The translations under genes and the position numbers were made by a program. A stretch of 64,000 nt of DNA from Pelagibacterales bacterium SAG-MED01 (GTDB taxonomy: Bacteria; Pseudomonadota; Alphaproteobacteria; Pelagibacterales; Pelagibacteraceae), in NCBI GenBank assembly GCA_014654455.1, contig JACWCY010000003.1, forward strand, positions 27,279 through 91,278, written 5' to 3'. The notes beneath the pieces are model-generated. The model had not been told where the DNA came from. It made no database searches and worked only from the letters and a program-made list of their open reading frames with translations. The first letter of the stretch is position 1. The number at the start of each line of letters is the position of its first letter. Of the stretch, positions 37,904-48,914 are shown in pieces.

Positions 37904-38841
37904 TTTAAGTCTAAAAACTTTAAAGCTCTAATTAAACTAGTAGGGTTAGATGAGTTTTTATTCATCATTTTTTCATTTGGACCGTGGTCTGGTGAGACTC
38001 TGTAAAAAGGTAAACCTAGTGTTATATTTATAGCATCATATTCTTTTAATGTTTTAATTGGTGTTAGTACTTGATCATGATACATACCTATTATTACGTT
38101 ATATTTTTTTCTATTTTGTCTTAAAAAAATTGTATCTGCCGGAAATGGACCGTAAATATTATATCCCTTTTTTTTTAAATTCTTAATTGCTGGAGCTACT
38201 ATTTTGTCATCTTCATTGGTTTCAAGTATACTTTCACAATGGGGATTTAAACCTGTAACGGCTATTTTTGGCTTAAAACCAATATCTTTTATAAAAAAAT
38301 TATTAATCAATTTTGCTTTATCTTTAATTAAATTTTGGTTAATTTTTTTTGAAACTATTTTTAGTGGTAAATGAGTGGTTATAGGACAAACTGATAAATC
38401 TTTATTGTAAATTAACATTGCCATCTTATTAACGTGAAACTTTTTTGAGATATATTCAGTTATACCTAAATATTTTCTATCAAGAAATTTAGATTTATTT
38501 ATTGGTCCATTTATAAATTTATTAGATAATTTTGATTTTAAAATTTTGAATGCAACATCAAAACAATTTTTTATGTACGTTTTTGAATTATTGATATTGT
38601 AATCAATATTGACTAAATTTATTGTTTTATTGTTAAGTTTTTGTTTTTTAAGATCTATCAGATTAATTATCTTAATTTTTTTTTTAAAACCAAATTTTTT
38701 CATTTGAGATTTAAGTATTTTTATCGATGAAATTAAAACCAAAGAACTTTTAAATTTATTAGATTTTAATGTTTTAAAAAAAATTTCAAAAAAAATACTA
38801 TTAGGTTGTCCAGCAACTATTATTATTGGTTTAATTTTCAT
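37900..38841 (-). CDS. pdxA: 4-hydroxythreonine-4-phosphate dehydrogenase
   Basis: GLNPHCE, GPFPADT, MYHDQ, RVSPDHG. Start set at ATG 38841. Confidence 0.92.
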   Translation of the reverse strand: MKIKPIIIVAGQPNSIFFEIFFKTLKSNKFKSSLVLISSIKILKSQMKKFGFKKKIKIINLIDLKKQKLNNKTINLVNIDYNINNSKTYIKNCFDVAFKILKSKLSNKFINGPINKSKFLDRKYLGITEYISKKFHVNKMAMLIYNKDLSVCPITTHLPLKIVSKKINQNLIKDKAKLINNFFIKDIGFKPKIAVTGLNPHCESILETNEDDKIVAPAIKNLKKKGYNIYGPFPADTIFLRQNRKKYNVIIGMYHDQVLTPIKTLKEYDAINITLGLPFYRVSPDHGPNEKMMNKNSSNPTSLIRALKFLDLK

Positions 38842-39763
38842 TAATAGAGTAATTAATCTTTGTTTTATCAAAATAAATTCTTGAAAATTGATTCAATTGC
38901 TTATTTGTTTCAATATTAATCATTTTACTTAATTCTTCTTTCTTATTTATAGAAATCTTTTTTGATCTAATTTTCTCTATTTTTAAAATTAAAAAGTTAT
39001 TTCCCATTTGAATGACATCAGTAAACTGACCTTCACTCAATAACTTTAGATTATTAAAAATTAAATTAGATAAATTATATTCTTCTATCCATCCGATATT
39101 ACCACCTAATTTTGAACTATTAGATATACTATAAATATTGGCAGTATTATTAAATCCTATTTCAGAAATACTGGATTTGATTTTTTTAACTAATGTATCA
39201 AAATCTTCATCCTTTTTTTTTTCAAAGACTATTTCAGACAACAAATATTCATTTTTTTCTTTATTTTTAATATTTTGAATTTTCTTTATTAGCGAGTCTT
39301 TGTCAATTTTAACTTGATTACCATATCTTAAATAAACTAGTTCATTCCACATTAATTCAATCTCTAATTTTTTTTTTATATCATTAGAGGTGTAGTCTAT
39401 TTTACTTAATAGAGATTTTTCAAAATCACTTTCATTGTTAAAATTTAATTTTGTATATAAATTTTTATAATAATCATTTACCAATGGGTTTTCTTCTTTA
39501 ATTTCTAAAAAAATTTCTATTTCACTTTTTTTTATAATTTCATTTATCAAAGAATTTTTACTTATATTGAATATTTCTTTTTTACTAAGCTCTACTAGCT
39601 TAGGGTTTAAAATCTTTAAATATTCAATTTCTTTTTTAATATCATAATTTGTTATTATTTTATCATTGACAGTAGCATATATAAAAACTTTTTCTGATAA
39701 AACAGAAGTATTCATCAAGACTAGTACAATCAATGAATAACAAATCTTTTTAAACATCATCAA
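38831..39763 (-). CDS. surA: SurA-like periplasmic chaperone/PPIase
   Basis: Signal peptide, VND.IIT.YD, YS.S.SSKLGGNIGW; lies between lptD and pdxA. Confidence 0.8.
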   Translation of the reverse strand: MMMFKKICYSLIVLVLMNTSVLSEKVFIYATVNDKIITNYDIKKEIEYLKILNPKLVELSKKEIFNISKNSLINEIIKKSEIEIFLEIKEENPLVNDYYKNLYTKLNFNNESDFEKSLLSKIDYTSNDIKKKLEIELMWNELVYLRYGNQVKIDKDSLIKKIQNIKNKEKNEYLLSEIVFEKKKDEDFDTLVKKIKSSISEIGFNNTANIYSISNSSKLGGNIGWIEEYNLSNLIFNNLKLLSEGQFTDVIQMGNNFLILKIEKIRSKKISINKKEELSKMINIETNKQLNQFSRIYFDKTKINYSINEN

Positions 39764-42144
39764 TTTTTAAGGTTAGGGGTATTTGCTTGACCAAATGGAA
39801 TAATAGTTAATTTTAAGAAAATATTTTCTTCTGGCTTTATATCTCTGTCATCATAATAATTTTTATTATACTCAATTGAAGCTGCTAAACAGTCGTTTTT
39901 ATATTGATACATTAAATTATAATATTCTGTTAAATCTTTTGTTTTATTTTCTCTCGTCGAAAACACAATATTATTATACTTATCCAAAGCGTATTTAGTT
40001 GTATTGAGTAAATATGAATTTTTATTCAAAGTGTTATTTTCGTTTAAATAGTCAAAAGATGTAACAAAATTATTTAAACTCAGTTCAGTTATTAAGTTTT
40101 CATAAACTGTATCTTTCATGTTGTTTTTAGTTGAAGCATTATATTTCATTTTAATAAAATCATTTGGATTATACGTAATTTCACCAAATAAATTTGATGT
40201 TTTGGCTCCTAATTGGTTACTTTGTGAAAGATCATCATTTTCTTCTAATCTAAGATTATTGGCAATTTTCAAACCAAAATAATCTCTGGAATTGTTTTTA
40301 TCAAAAATTGTAAAATCATTTCCATATGATAATGAAATTCCTCCTTCAACTGTATCGTTTCGAGATAATCTTTGTAGGTCATAAATATTAGTCACATCTA
40401 TTTTTGTTTCTTTTTTTCTCATGTCTTTAGTATTATTTGGACTTATTTTAAGTGAAAGTTTTGGTTTTAAAATATTTTGAAAATTACCATTATTTTTAAT
40501 TAATGGTAATGATGAATTATATTGAAATAATCCAGACAAATAAAAATTTTCATCTTCTTTAAAATCCTTTGAATTTTGAGTATCAGAGTTTACATTCTTT
40601 AAAATAAAATCATAATTATTATAAAATCCATAATTTGTTATTCTAGGATTTGAATTAAAAATTAAATCATTAATATTAGTTTTTTCTAAAATATTTGTTT
40701 TATAGTTTCTAACTATATTATTAGATTGAAAAGAAAAGTTTCCATTTAAACTAGTGTTATTTTTAATATCTTTAGTTAAGCTTAGTCTTGGTAAAATAAA
40801 CTCATATTTATCGCTATTGTTTTTTTTATTAAGATCTTCATAAACAATAAAATCTGTATTAATTGACATTTCATCAGAATTTAAACTAAGCGCTACCGAA
40901 TTTTCTAATACATCGTAATCTTCAATAATTGGGGAAGTTAATTTGCTTGTTTTTAAATAAGTATCATTGGATGTTTTTTCAATATTTAATTTAATATCAC
41001 TATTTTCAAAATAATTAAAATTCATTGACTTATTATATTTATAAAAAAAATGACTTTTCGAATTTTTATCTTTTTCATTAAATAAACTAAAATCACTAAA
41101 ATGATTACTGTTTTGTGTCACTTTTCTATACTCAGTTTGTAATAGCAATTTATCCTCTGCATAAAGCCGAGGTGTGAATGTCATATCTTTATTTGAACTC
41201 ATGGCATAAAAATAAGGTACACTTAAATAGCTTTTTGAATTTGTTGAACTATTTAAAGCTGGTATTAAGAATCCAGATTTTCTATCAACTGTGGGATCAG
41301 GATGAAAAAATTTTGGAAAATAAAAAACTGGTACATCATAAACTTTTAACCAGGCATTTTTATAATTGATAATTTTTTTCTTTTTATCATGTTGAATTTT
41401 TTCTGCAGATAATTGCCATGGAGGGCACTTATCAGTTTTTTTACAAGTTGTAAAAACTCCTTTTGAAATTTCTGTCGAATAATTTTCATATGTAATACTT
41501 TTTCCTTTAAGCCTAGGTTCATTATCTTTGTTAAAAGATTTATTGCTTAGATCTACAGAAATATTTTTACCAAATAATTTACTAGAAAGAGTGTTTATAT
41601 AGGCCAGCTCAACATAAAAATTATTATGATCAAAATCTTTAAAATTTGCATTTTTTACTTTTAAAATATTCTTATTAAGATCATAGTTAAATTCCTGAGT
41701 ATTAAACACATTATTAAATTGATCTTTTAAAACTGAATTTGTTTTTGACTTCAAAATTCTTTTATTCCAATTGTAATCAACTAATTTTGTTTCTATAGTT
41801 AATTTATTTTTAATATCAAAAATTTTTACATTATTTTTTGCTTTAAATTGAAATTTTTTTTGGTCAAATTGAATTTCATTAAATATAATTTTTAAATTAT
41901 CTGATTTAATAAAAGCAATACCTTTATATGCTTTCAATAGATCTGAATTTTTAAAGTATTCAAAGTTACTTGCTTCAATTTCTAAATTATTATCTGCTGA
42001 GAAAGCCTTCCCATCCTCTGCATAAATCTCATTACCATTATTTTTAATTTCAATTTCTTTTGTCTTGAATATAAATGGATCTGCAAATGAAAATCCACCT
42101 AAATAAAGGAACAATATTAAAAGAATTGATAACTTATTTTTCAT
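39760..42144 (-). CDS. lptD: LPS-assembly protein LptD
   Basis: FTTC....CPPW, FFHPDPTVDRKSGFL, YKNDCL; synteny. Confidence 0.9.
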   Translation of the reverse strand: MKNKLSILLILFLYLGGFSFADPFIFKTKEIEIKNNGNEIYAEDGKAFSADNNLEIEASNFEYFKNSDLLKAYKGIAFIKSDNLKIIFNEIQFDQKKFQFKAKNNVKIFDIKNKLTIETKLVDYNWNKRILKSKTNSVLKDQFNNVFNTQEFNYDLNKNILKVKNANFKDFDHNNFYVELAYINTLSSKLFGKNISVDLSNKSFNKDNEPRLKGKSITYENYSTEISKGVFTTCKKTDKCPPWQLSAEKIQHDKKKKIINYKNAWLKVYDVPVFYFPKFFHPDPTVDRKSGFLIPALNSSTNSKSYLSVPYFYAMSSNKDMTFTPRLYAEDKLLLQTEYRKVTQNSNHFSDFSLFNEKDKNSKSHFFYKYNKSMNFNYFENSDIKLNIEKTSNDTYLKTSKLTSPIIEDYDVLENSVALSLNSDEMSINTDFIVYEDLNKKNNSDKYEFILPRLSLTKDIKNNTSLNGNFSFQSNNIVRNYKTNILEKTNINDLIFNSNPRITNYGFYNNYDFILKNVNSDTQNSKDFKEDENFYLSGLFQYNSSLPLIKNNGNFQNILKPKLSLKISPNNTKDMRKKETKIDVTNIYDLQRLSRNDTVEGGISLSYGNDFTIFDKNNSRDYFGLKIANNLRLEENDDLSQSNQLGAKTSNLFGEITYNPNDFIKMKYNASTKNNMKDTVYENLITELSLNNFVTSFDYLNENNTLNKNSYLLNTTKYALDKYNNIVFSTRENKTKDLTEYYNLMYQYKNDCLAASIEYNKNYYDDRDIKPEENIFLKLTIIPFGQANTPNLKN

Positions 42145-43213
42145 TAATCCTAATTAAACCTATAATTGCAAATATAGAAATAAAAAGAATTGGCAAGAAA
42201 ATTGATGCTATAATTGGTATTTTTCCATTGTTACCTAATGAGCTAAACATAAAATTAATGTAATAAATTATTACAGACATTAAAATCCCTAAAATTACAT
42301 GAAAAAACAGAGATTTATCTCTTTTCATATTAAACATAATTATAGCCGACAAAATTGTAAGAACGCTGTAAAGGATAGGTGTTGAAAAAAGTTTCATTAA
42401 ATGAATTTTAATTTCATCAGACGAATAACCTAATTTTTCAAAATCTTTTTTTAGATCAAAAAGTTCTAAAAGATTTAATGTTGAGATATTTGAAAATAAA
42501 CTATTTATTTTTTTTTTGTCAAAGTTAGTATTTATTTCAAGATCCTCATTATTTGTGGTTGAAATATTCTCTAACGTTATCGTTGGATTTTTAATAATCC
42601 ATTTTTTTTGATTTATATTAATTTTTTTTGACTCAATTGTACTTTGTAAATTAAAGTTCTTATCAAATTTATTAATGAAAACATCAATTAAATAATTATC
42701 TTTAATATTATTAGCTTTGATAATAAGTATATTTTCATTAATTTCATCCTTTAACCATAAACCACTATCAGTAACAACAGCTAGATATTTATTATCATTA
42801 GAAAAATTATTTTTGATATCAGTATAAAAGAACTTTAATTTTGACGCAGCATTATAATAAATAAAAACAGTAAAAATTCCAATCAAAAAAGATGAAAAAA
42901 ATAAAATTTTGATTACTTTAAAATTACTTAATCCATTACTCTTTAATAAATTAAGTTCTTCTTTTTTAAAAAGATCATAAAATAAAAATTGAGTTGATAT
43001 TAAAAAAATAAATGGAAATATTTCAAATAAAGTTATAGGTGCGTTAAGAAGAGTTAATAAATATGGAAAAAAGAAATTAACATTTAAATTTTTAAAAAAT
43101 GAAATTTCTTCTAAAATACTTAAAATAACTATTAAACAAAAAAAAATTAAACTAATAGATAAGATTTTATTCAAAAAATTTTTTACAATATATTTTTCGT
43201 ATGTTTTAAACAT
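42134..43213 (-). CDS. lptG: LPS export ABC permease LptG
   Basis: LptF/G topology, GLWL; second of the pair. Confidence 0.8.
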   Translation of the reverse strand: MFKTYEKYIVKNFLNKILSISLIFFCLIVILSILEEISFFKNLNVNFFFPYLLTLLNAPITLFEIFPFIFLISTQFLFYDLFKKEELNLLKSNGLSNFKVIKILFFSSFLIGIFTVFIYYNAASKLKFFYTDIKNNFSNDNKYLAVVTDSGLWLKDEINENILIIKANNIKDNYLIDVFINKFDKNFNLQSTIESKKININQKKWIIKNPTITLENISTTNNEDLEINTNFDKKKINSLFSNISTLNLLELFDLKKDFEKLGYSSDEIKIHLMKLFSTPILYSVLTILSAIIMFNMKRDKSLFFHVILGILMSVIIYYINFMFSSLGNNGKIPIIASIFLPILFISIFAIIGLIRINEK

Positions 43214-44321
43214 TTTTTATCCTTAAATTAAATAAAAAATAAATTACTGCAAAACCAATCCAAGGTGTGATTAGATATAATAAGGTAGCTAAATTAGAAG
43301 CTGTAGAATATCTCAAAGATGCTTCTGAAAGAATCAAAACAAAGAATGTTATTAAAAATATTATTTTTTTATTTTTTTCGTAATTGATATTATTTTTTGA
43401 GGTAATAACTAAAAAGCAGCATAGTATAGCTATTATTGGAAGATAGAGCGGTTTATAAAATCTTTTAAAAAGTTCTTGAGTAATTTCATTTGTGATAGAC
43501 TTTTTACAACTAAGCTGTCTATCTTCAGGGATTATTTCATTATTTTTTAATCTTATAACACATTTAAAAAGATCTTTTGAAGGTATCTCTTGTATTTTAG
43601 GCATCAAGATAGTGTTTGTGGAATATTCTGCTAAATTAAAATCTATTTGATCAAATTCAAAAACATTTATTTTAGATTTTTCTAAATTAAGTATCTTCCC
43701 ATTAAATAATCTAAATATTTTTTTATTATTTGTATCTATTAGAAGTCCATTATTTGCATAAATCATTCTCGAATTACTTTTAGAAGAGTCATCTATAAAA
43801 ATATTTGAATAAGTTCCATCAATTTCTTTTTTATCAATGAAAATTGTTAATCCATCTACTGCATTAATAAATTTACCTTCTTTTATTAAAGAAGTAAAAA
43901 AATCAATGTTTGAATTTTTTAAAAATTCACGAGCTTTGTACTGAGATAATGGAGAAAAAAAACCTCCAATTAAAATTTGTAAAAAAGTTAAAAATATCGA
44001 TAATAAAACAATTTTATTGGCAAAATTGATTTTACTTATTCCAGTGGTCCAAAAAATCAGTAATTCGTTCCTTATTTCATAATCTGTAATTATATAAAAA
44101 AGAGATATAAAAAAAATAAAAGGAATTATACGATGAATAATTTTAGGGAAATTTAATAAAATAAAGGAGAAATATGTTTTTAATCCATGCCCATCTTGAG
44201 TAACAAAATCAAAGTAATTTACTGCTTGCAATGTCCATACTATTAAACCAATAGTAAAACACATTATTAGGAAAAAAACCGATGTATCTTTAGCAAATTT
44301 TCGAAATATTAATTTTTTCAT
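43206..44321 (-). CDS. lptF: LPS export ABC permease LptF
   Basis: NELLIFWTTG, IKEGKF; first of the pair. Confidence 0.8.
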   Translation of the reverse strand: MKKLIFRKFAKDTSVFFLIMCFTIGLIVWTLQAVNYFDFVTQDGHGLKTYFSFILLNFPKIIHRIIPFIFFISLFYIITDYEIRNELLIFWTTGISKINFANKIVLLSIFLTFLQILIGGFFSPLSQYKAREFLKNSNIDFFTSLIKEGKFINAVDGLTIFIDKKEIDGTYSNIFIDDSSKSNSRMIYANNGLLIDTNNKKIFRLFNGKILNLEKSKINVFEFDQIDFNLAEYSTNTILMPKIQEIPSKDLFKCVIRLKNNEIIPEDRQLSCKKSITNEITQELFKRFYKPLYLPIIAILCCFLVITSKNNINYEKNKKIIFLITFFVLILSEASLRYSTASNLATLLYLITPWIGFAVIYFLFNLRIKNV

Positions 44322-44381
44322 TGAAAATATTTAATATCTTAATATATAGCATTCATTTAAAACTCATTGTATTTAAAATTT

Positions 44382-45839
44382 ATGTCTATTCAAATTAATT
44401 ATAAAAGTAGCAGTTTAAAAACAGTATCTGGCAATCTTATCTTATTTGTCGATGAAAATTTCACCATAGGTGCTTTAAAAAAATATATTTCAAAAACTGA
44501 ATTTTCTTATATATCCGAATTATTAAAAACTAGTGATTTAAAAAAAAACTTACTTTTGTTTGAAATTAATTCACAAAAAACAATATTTTTAGTTTCCATC
44601 AAAAAAGACTCAAAAACCTCAGATATAGAAAGTTTAGGAGCAAAATTTCATACTTATATAAACTATGAAAAGAAAAATGAATATTTTGTTAATTCAGACT
44701 CATTAAATAGCAAAATAGAAAATTTTGTGGGTTATTTCTTACATGGATTAAAATTAAAATCATATGAATTTAATCTTTATAAATCAAAAAAAAATAAAAG
44801 ACTTGTCACTGTAAATGTATTCGGAAATAAAAATAAAATATCTACAAAAAATCAATTAAGATTTAAGGCTTTGGAAGAAGGAACCTTTTTTGCAAGAGAC
44901 CTTGTATCAGAACCAGGAAATATTTTACACCCCGATGAATATGCAAAAAGATTAAATTTTTTGAAGAAGTATGGTTTAAGAATAAATATTTATGATGAAA
45001 AAAAATTAAAAAAGTTAGGATTGAATGCATTGCTTGGTGTTGGTCAAGGAAGTATCAGGGGCTCATATCTTGTAACAATAGAATGGAATGGATTAAAAAA
45101 TAGCTCTAAACCTTTGGCATTTGTTGGTAAGGGCGTGTGTTTTGATACTGGTGGTATTTCACTAAAACCTGCAAAGTTTATGGAAGATATGACTTATGAC
45201 ATGGCTGGTTCAGCAGTAGTTGCAGGTTTAATGAAAAATTTAGCATTAAGAAAAGCAAAAGTTAATGCTGTTGGTGTAGTAGGACTTGTAGAAAATATGC
45301 CAGGAGGCAATGCACAAAGACCAGGGGATATTGTAAAATCTTACAGTGGTAAAACAATTGAGATACTCAATACTGATGCAGAAGGTAGATTAGTTTTGGC
45401 AGACGCTCTTACTTTTACAGAGAAAAAATTTAAACCTAAGTTTATGATTGATTTAGCAACCTTAACAGGAGCTATTATAGTTTCTTTAGGTTCTGAATAT
45501 GCAGGACTTTTTTCAAATAACGACAAATTATCAAATCAATTATTGAATGCGGGTGAAAAAGTTGAGGAAAAATTATGGAGAATGCCTTTACATAAAAATT
45601 TTGATAAACTTATAGACTCCAAGAATGCTGATATGCAAAACATTAATTATGTAGGTGGAGCAGGATCAACAACAGCTGCACAGTTTTTACAAAGATTTAT
45701 TTTAAATAAAACACCTTGGGCTCATTTAGATATAGCCGGTATGGCTTTTTCAAAATATGGTGGTGCATTGAATTCAGGAGGAGCAACTGGTTATGGAGTA
45801 AGATTATTAAATAAACTAATAGAGGATGATTATGAGTAA
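44382..45839 (+). CDS. pepA: Leucyl aminopeptidase
   Basis: GKGVCFDTGGISLK, DMAG, NTDAEGRL, ATLTGA, HLDIAG. Start set at ATG 44382. Confidence 0.96.
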   Translation: MSIQINYKSSSLKTVSGNLILFVDENFTIGALKKYISKTEFSYISELLKTSDLKKNLLLFEINSQKTIFLVSIKKDSKTSDIESLGAKFHTYINYEKKNEYFVNSDSLNSKIENFVGYFLHGLKLKSYEFNLYKSKKNKRLVTVNVFGNKNKISTKNQLRFKALEEGTFFARDLVSEPGNILHPDEYAKRLNFLKKYGLRINIYDEKKLKKLGLNALLGVGQGSIRGSYLVTIEWNGLKNSSKPLAFVGKGVCFDTGGISLKPAKFMEDMTYDMAGSAVVAGLMKNLALRKAKVNAVGVVGLVENMPGGNAQRPGDIVKSYSGKTIEILNTDAEGRLVLADALTFTEKKFKPKFMIDLATLTGAIIVSLGSEYAGLFSNNDKLSNQLLNAGEKVEEKLWRMPLHKNFDKLIDSKNADMQNINYVGGAGSTTAAQFLQRFILNKTPWAHLDIAGMAFSKYGGALNSGGATGYGVRLLNKLIEDDYE

Positions 45840-46242
45840 TACAGAACAAACACTATCAATTATTAAGCCAGATGCAGTAGAAAGAAATTTAGACAATGAA
45901 ATTAAGGAAATGTTTAAAAATAAGGGTTTTTCAATTTTAAAAGAAAAAAAAATTCAGATAGAAAAATCTGAAGCAGAAAAGTTTTATAAGATTCATGAAA
46001 CGAAGCCTTTTTATAATGATCTATGTGCATATTTATCATCTGGCCCAATTGTTGTAATGATATTAGAAAAAGAAAATGCAGTATTAGGAAATAGAGAATT
46101 GATGGGTGCAACAAACCCAAAAGACGCAAATGAAGGAACAATTAGAAAAAAATATGGTATTTCAATAGATAAAAATTCTGTTCATGGTTCTGACAGTGTT
46201 GAAAATGCTAAAATAGAAATTGATTTTTTTTTTAAGGACTAG
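45832..46242 (+). CDS. ndk: Nucleoside diphosphate kinase
   Basis: IIKPDAV, MGATNP, NSVHGSD. Start set at ATG 45832. Confidence 0.97.
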   Translation: MSNTEQTLSIIKPDAVERNLDNEIKEMFKNKGFSILKEKKIQIEKSEAEKFYKIHETKPFYNDLCAYLSSGPIVVMILEKENAVLGNRELMGATNPKDANEGTIRKKYGISIDKNSVHGSDSVENAKIEIDFFFKD

Positions 46243-46817
46243 TTAAAAATCTTAATAATAGACTGAGGATATATTTTGTGTTCTTGCCTAAGAACTTTTT
46301 TTGCTAAAGAGTTGGAATTATCACTATTAGTTATTTTAACTTTTTTTTGTATGATTATTTTTCCAGAATCTAGCTTTTCTGTAACATAATGAACTGAACA
46401 TCCCGCAAATTTATCTTTATTTTTGATTGCTCTTTGATGAGTATTAAGTCCTTTATATTTTGGTAACAATGAGGGGTGTATATTAATAATTTTTCCTTTG
46501 AAATTTTTTATAAAATCTTTAGATAAAATTTTCATAAAACCAGCTAAACAAATAAATTTTATCTTATCTTTATTAAGTTGAATTAAAATTTTTCTTTCAG
46601 CATTTCTAACATTGTTAAAATTGAAAATTTTTTTTTTTATCTTAAATTGATCGGCATATTTAAGGCCTTTGGATTTCCTTGAATTAGATACAACTAAATC
46701 AATTGAAATTGGAGATCTTTTATTTTTTGAAAATTTAATTAAACTATTTAAATTACTTCCAGTTCCAGATATAAAAACAGCTGTTTTAATTTTTTTAGAA
46801 CCAATTAATTTTATCAT
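46239..46817 (-). CDS. purN: Phosphoribosylglycinamide formyltransferase
   Basis: ISGTGSN, LAGFMKIL, NIHPSLLP, LDSG. Confidence 0.96.
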   Translation of the reverse strand: MIKLIGSKKIKTAVFISGTGSNLNSLIKFSKNKRSPISIDLVVSNSRKSKGLKYADQFKIKKKIFNFNNVRNAERKILIQLNKDKIKFICLAGFMKILSKDFIKNFKGKIINIHPSLLPKYKGLNTHQRAIKNKDKFAGCSVHYVTEKLDSGKIIIQKKVKITNSDNSNSLAKKVLRQEHKIYPQSIIKIFN

Positions 46818-47823
46818 TTAATTTTACTTTATTGGGCCCTTTAGAAATTTTGCCAATAATATAAGGTTTATAATCTTTAGAAAAAAACTTATTTATTTTT
46901 GCTAAATTGTTAGGATTTATTATTAAACAAAATCCAACTCCACAATTAAATGTTTTTAACATTTCCTTATCTGTAATTTTGTTTTTTTTTAACCACTTAA
47001 ATATTTCTAAAGGATTAATTTTGTTTAGATTAATTTCAGCACATAGTTTATCTGGGATTATTCTTTTTATATTATCTGGTAAACCACCACCTGTAATATT
47101 AGCACACCCATTAATCAAATTCCTATCAATTAAATTAAGTATTTCATTAACATATATTTTTGTAGGTTTAATTAATTCTTTTTTTAAAAAATTATTTTTA
47201 TTGATATTGATTTTTTTTGTTTTTATTAAGTGTCTTACCAATGAATATCCATTTGAATGAAGACCACTGGAAGGAATGGCTAAAATAAGATTTTTATGTT
47301 TAATTTTTTTTTTGTCTAATATTTTTTTTTTATCAACAATACCAACTGCAAAACCTGCTATATCAAACTTTCCTCTCTCATAAGTACCAGGCATTTCAGC
47401 TGTTTCACCACCAACTAAATCACAATTTGAAATTTGACAGCCTTTAATTATACCTTTCATAATTGATTTTAATTTTTGTAAATCTATTTTATTAATAGAA
47501 ATATAATCTAAAAAAAAAAGAGGTTTTGCCCCCTGTACAATTAAGTCATTTACACTCATTGCAACAAGATCAATTCCAATAGTGCTATATTTTTTTATTA
47601 AGTTTGCGATTTCAATTTTAGTACCAACACCGTCTGTACAGGCAACTATTTTGGGATTTTTTATATCACTAGGAATATTCGTTATTGAGCCAAACCCTCC
47701 TATGTTATTAAACTTTTTTTTGCCTCTTTTTTTTGATGAAATTTTTGCTATGAAATTTACAAATTTATCAGCAGCACTGATATCAACTCCACTTTTTTTA
47801 TATGTAAATAAGTTTTTTTTCAT
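46795..47823 (-). CDS. purM: AIR synthase
   Basis: YKKSGVDI, TDGVGTK, GGETAEMP, SGLHSNG, TFNCGVG. Confidence 0.97.
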   Translation of the reverse strand: MKKNLFTYKKSGVDISAADKFVNFIAKISSKKRGKKKFNNIGGFGSITNIPSDIKNPKIVACTDGVGTKIEIANLIKKYSTIGIDLVAMSVNDLIVQGAKPLFFLDYISINKIDLQKLKSIMKGIIKGCQISNCDLVGGETAEMPGTYERGKFDIAGFAVGIVDKKKILDKKKIKHKNLILAIPSSGLHSNGYSLVRHLIKTKKININKNNFLKKELIKPTKIYVNEILNLIDRNLINGCANITGGGLPDNIKRIIPDKLCAEINLNKINPLEIFKWLKKNKITDKEMLKTFNCGVGFCLIINPNNLAKINKFFSKDYKPYIIGKISKGPNKVKLNDKINWF

Positions 47824-47835
47824 TACAATATGATA
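47824..47835. promoter_or_regulatory. Overlapping divergent -10 elements between purM and the DUF2066-like gene
   Basis: TACAAT on + (47824-47829) 5 nt before ATG 47835; TATCAT on - 6 nt before the purM ATG; gap only 11 bp. Confidence 0.5.
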
Positions 47836-48914
47836 TGATGATAAATAATAAAAAAATTCATTTTAAAATCTTATATAATTTTTTTATATTTCTATCTTCA
47901 ATTATATTTTTTTTTTCCACAACCAAAGTCTTTAGCAAGGCTTTTAATGTTAACGATATAGATATATCGAGGCCATTTGAGATAAATTTTGATAAAAATG
48001 AGGTTATTGATGATGGTTTTAAAAAAGCTTTTTTTCAATTAATTTCATCAATACTAAATTCAACTGATCAAGAGAAAGTCAATAAAATAAAATTAAACCA
48101 AATTAAAGGGATGGTGGAGTCTTTTTCAATTAAAGAGGAAAAATTTATAAATGAAATTTATCATTTAAGCTTAGGTGTATCATTTAATAAAAAAAAAATT
48201 TTTAAATATTTAGAGAAAGAAAATATATTTCCATCTATACCTATTAAAAATAAATTCTTATTCATTCCAGTTGTAATAGATGAGCAAAAAAGAGATTTAT
48301 TAATATTTGATAATAATAAAATTTTTGATACGTGGAATGAAGATAAAGAAAAATATGAACTAATTGAATATATTTTACCTACAGAAGATTTAGAAGATAT
48401 AAATCTAATTAAAAAAAGGTATGACTCTATAGAACAATATAATTTTAAAGAAATAATAGATAAATATTATTTAGACGACTCCATAATTTCTTTAATATTT
48501 AAAAATGAAAAGGAAGTTAGAGTATTATCAAGAATTACAGTAAATGAGAAAGTAGTCATAAAAAATCAGTCATTTTCCAATATAGATATGAATAATACTG
48601 AACAAATAAAAAATATAATTAATAATTTGAAAATAATTTATGAAGACTATTGGAAGAATTATAATAAAATAAATACTTCAATTAAGTTGTCATTAACTAT
48701 AAAGGTTAAAACTCTAAGCAATCTTAAAATTTCTAATTTTGAAAAAATTTTAAGTGAAACTGATTTAATTTATGATTTTACTGTTTCTAAATTTGATAAA
48801 GACTTCATATATTATCAAGTTATTTTTAATGGTACGCCTAATTTTTTTTTGAAGACTATGAAAGATAATAATTTTAACTTTGACACTCAGAATAAAATTT
48901 GGGTTTTAAAATGA
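47835..48914 (+). CDS. Exported protein, DUF2066-like
   Basis: N-terminal signal/TM segment; usual position between purM and hdaA. The family call rests mostly on synteny. Confidence 0.55.
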   Translation: MMINNKKIHFKILYNFFIFLSSIIFFFSTTKVFSKAFNVNDIDISRPFEINFDKNEVIDDGFKKAFFQLISSILNSTDQEKVNKIKLNQIKGMVESFSIKEEKFINEIYHLSLGVSFNKKKIFKYLEKENIFPSIPIKNKFLFIPVVIDEQKRDLLIFDNNKIFDTWNEDKEKYELIEYILPTEDLEDINLIKKRYDSIEQYNFKEIIDKYYLDDSIISLIFKNEKEVRVLSRITVNEKVVIKNQSFSNIDMNNTEQIKNIINNLKIIYEDYWKNYNKINTSIKLSLTIKVKTLSNLKISNFEKILSETDLIYDFTVSKFDKDFIYYQVIFNGTPNFFLKTMKDNNFNFDTQNKIWVLK

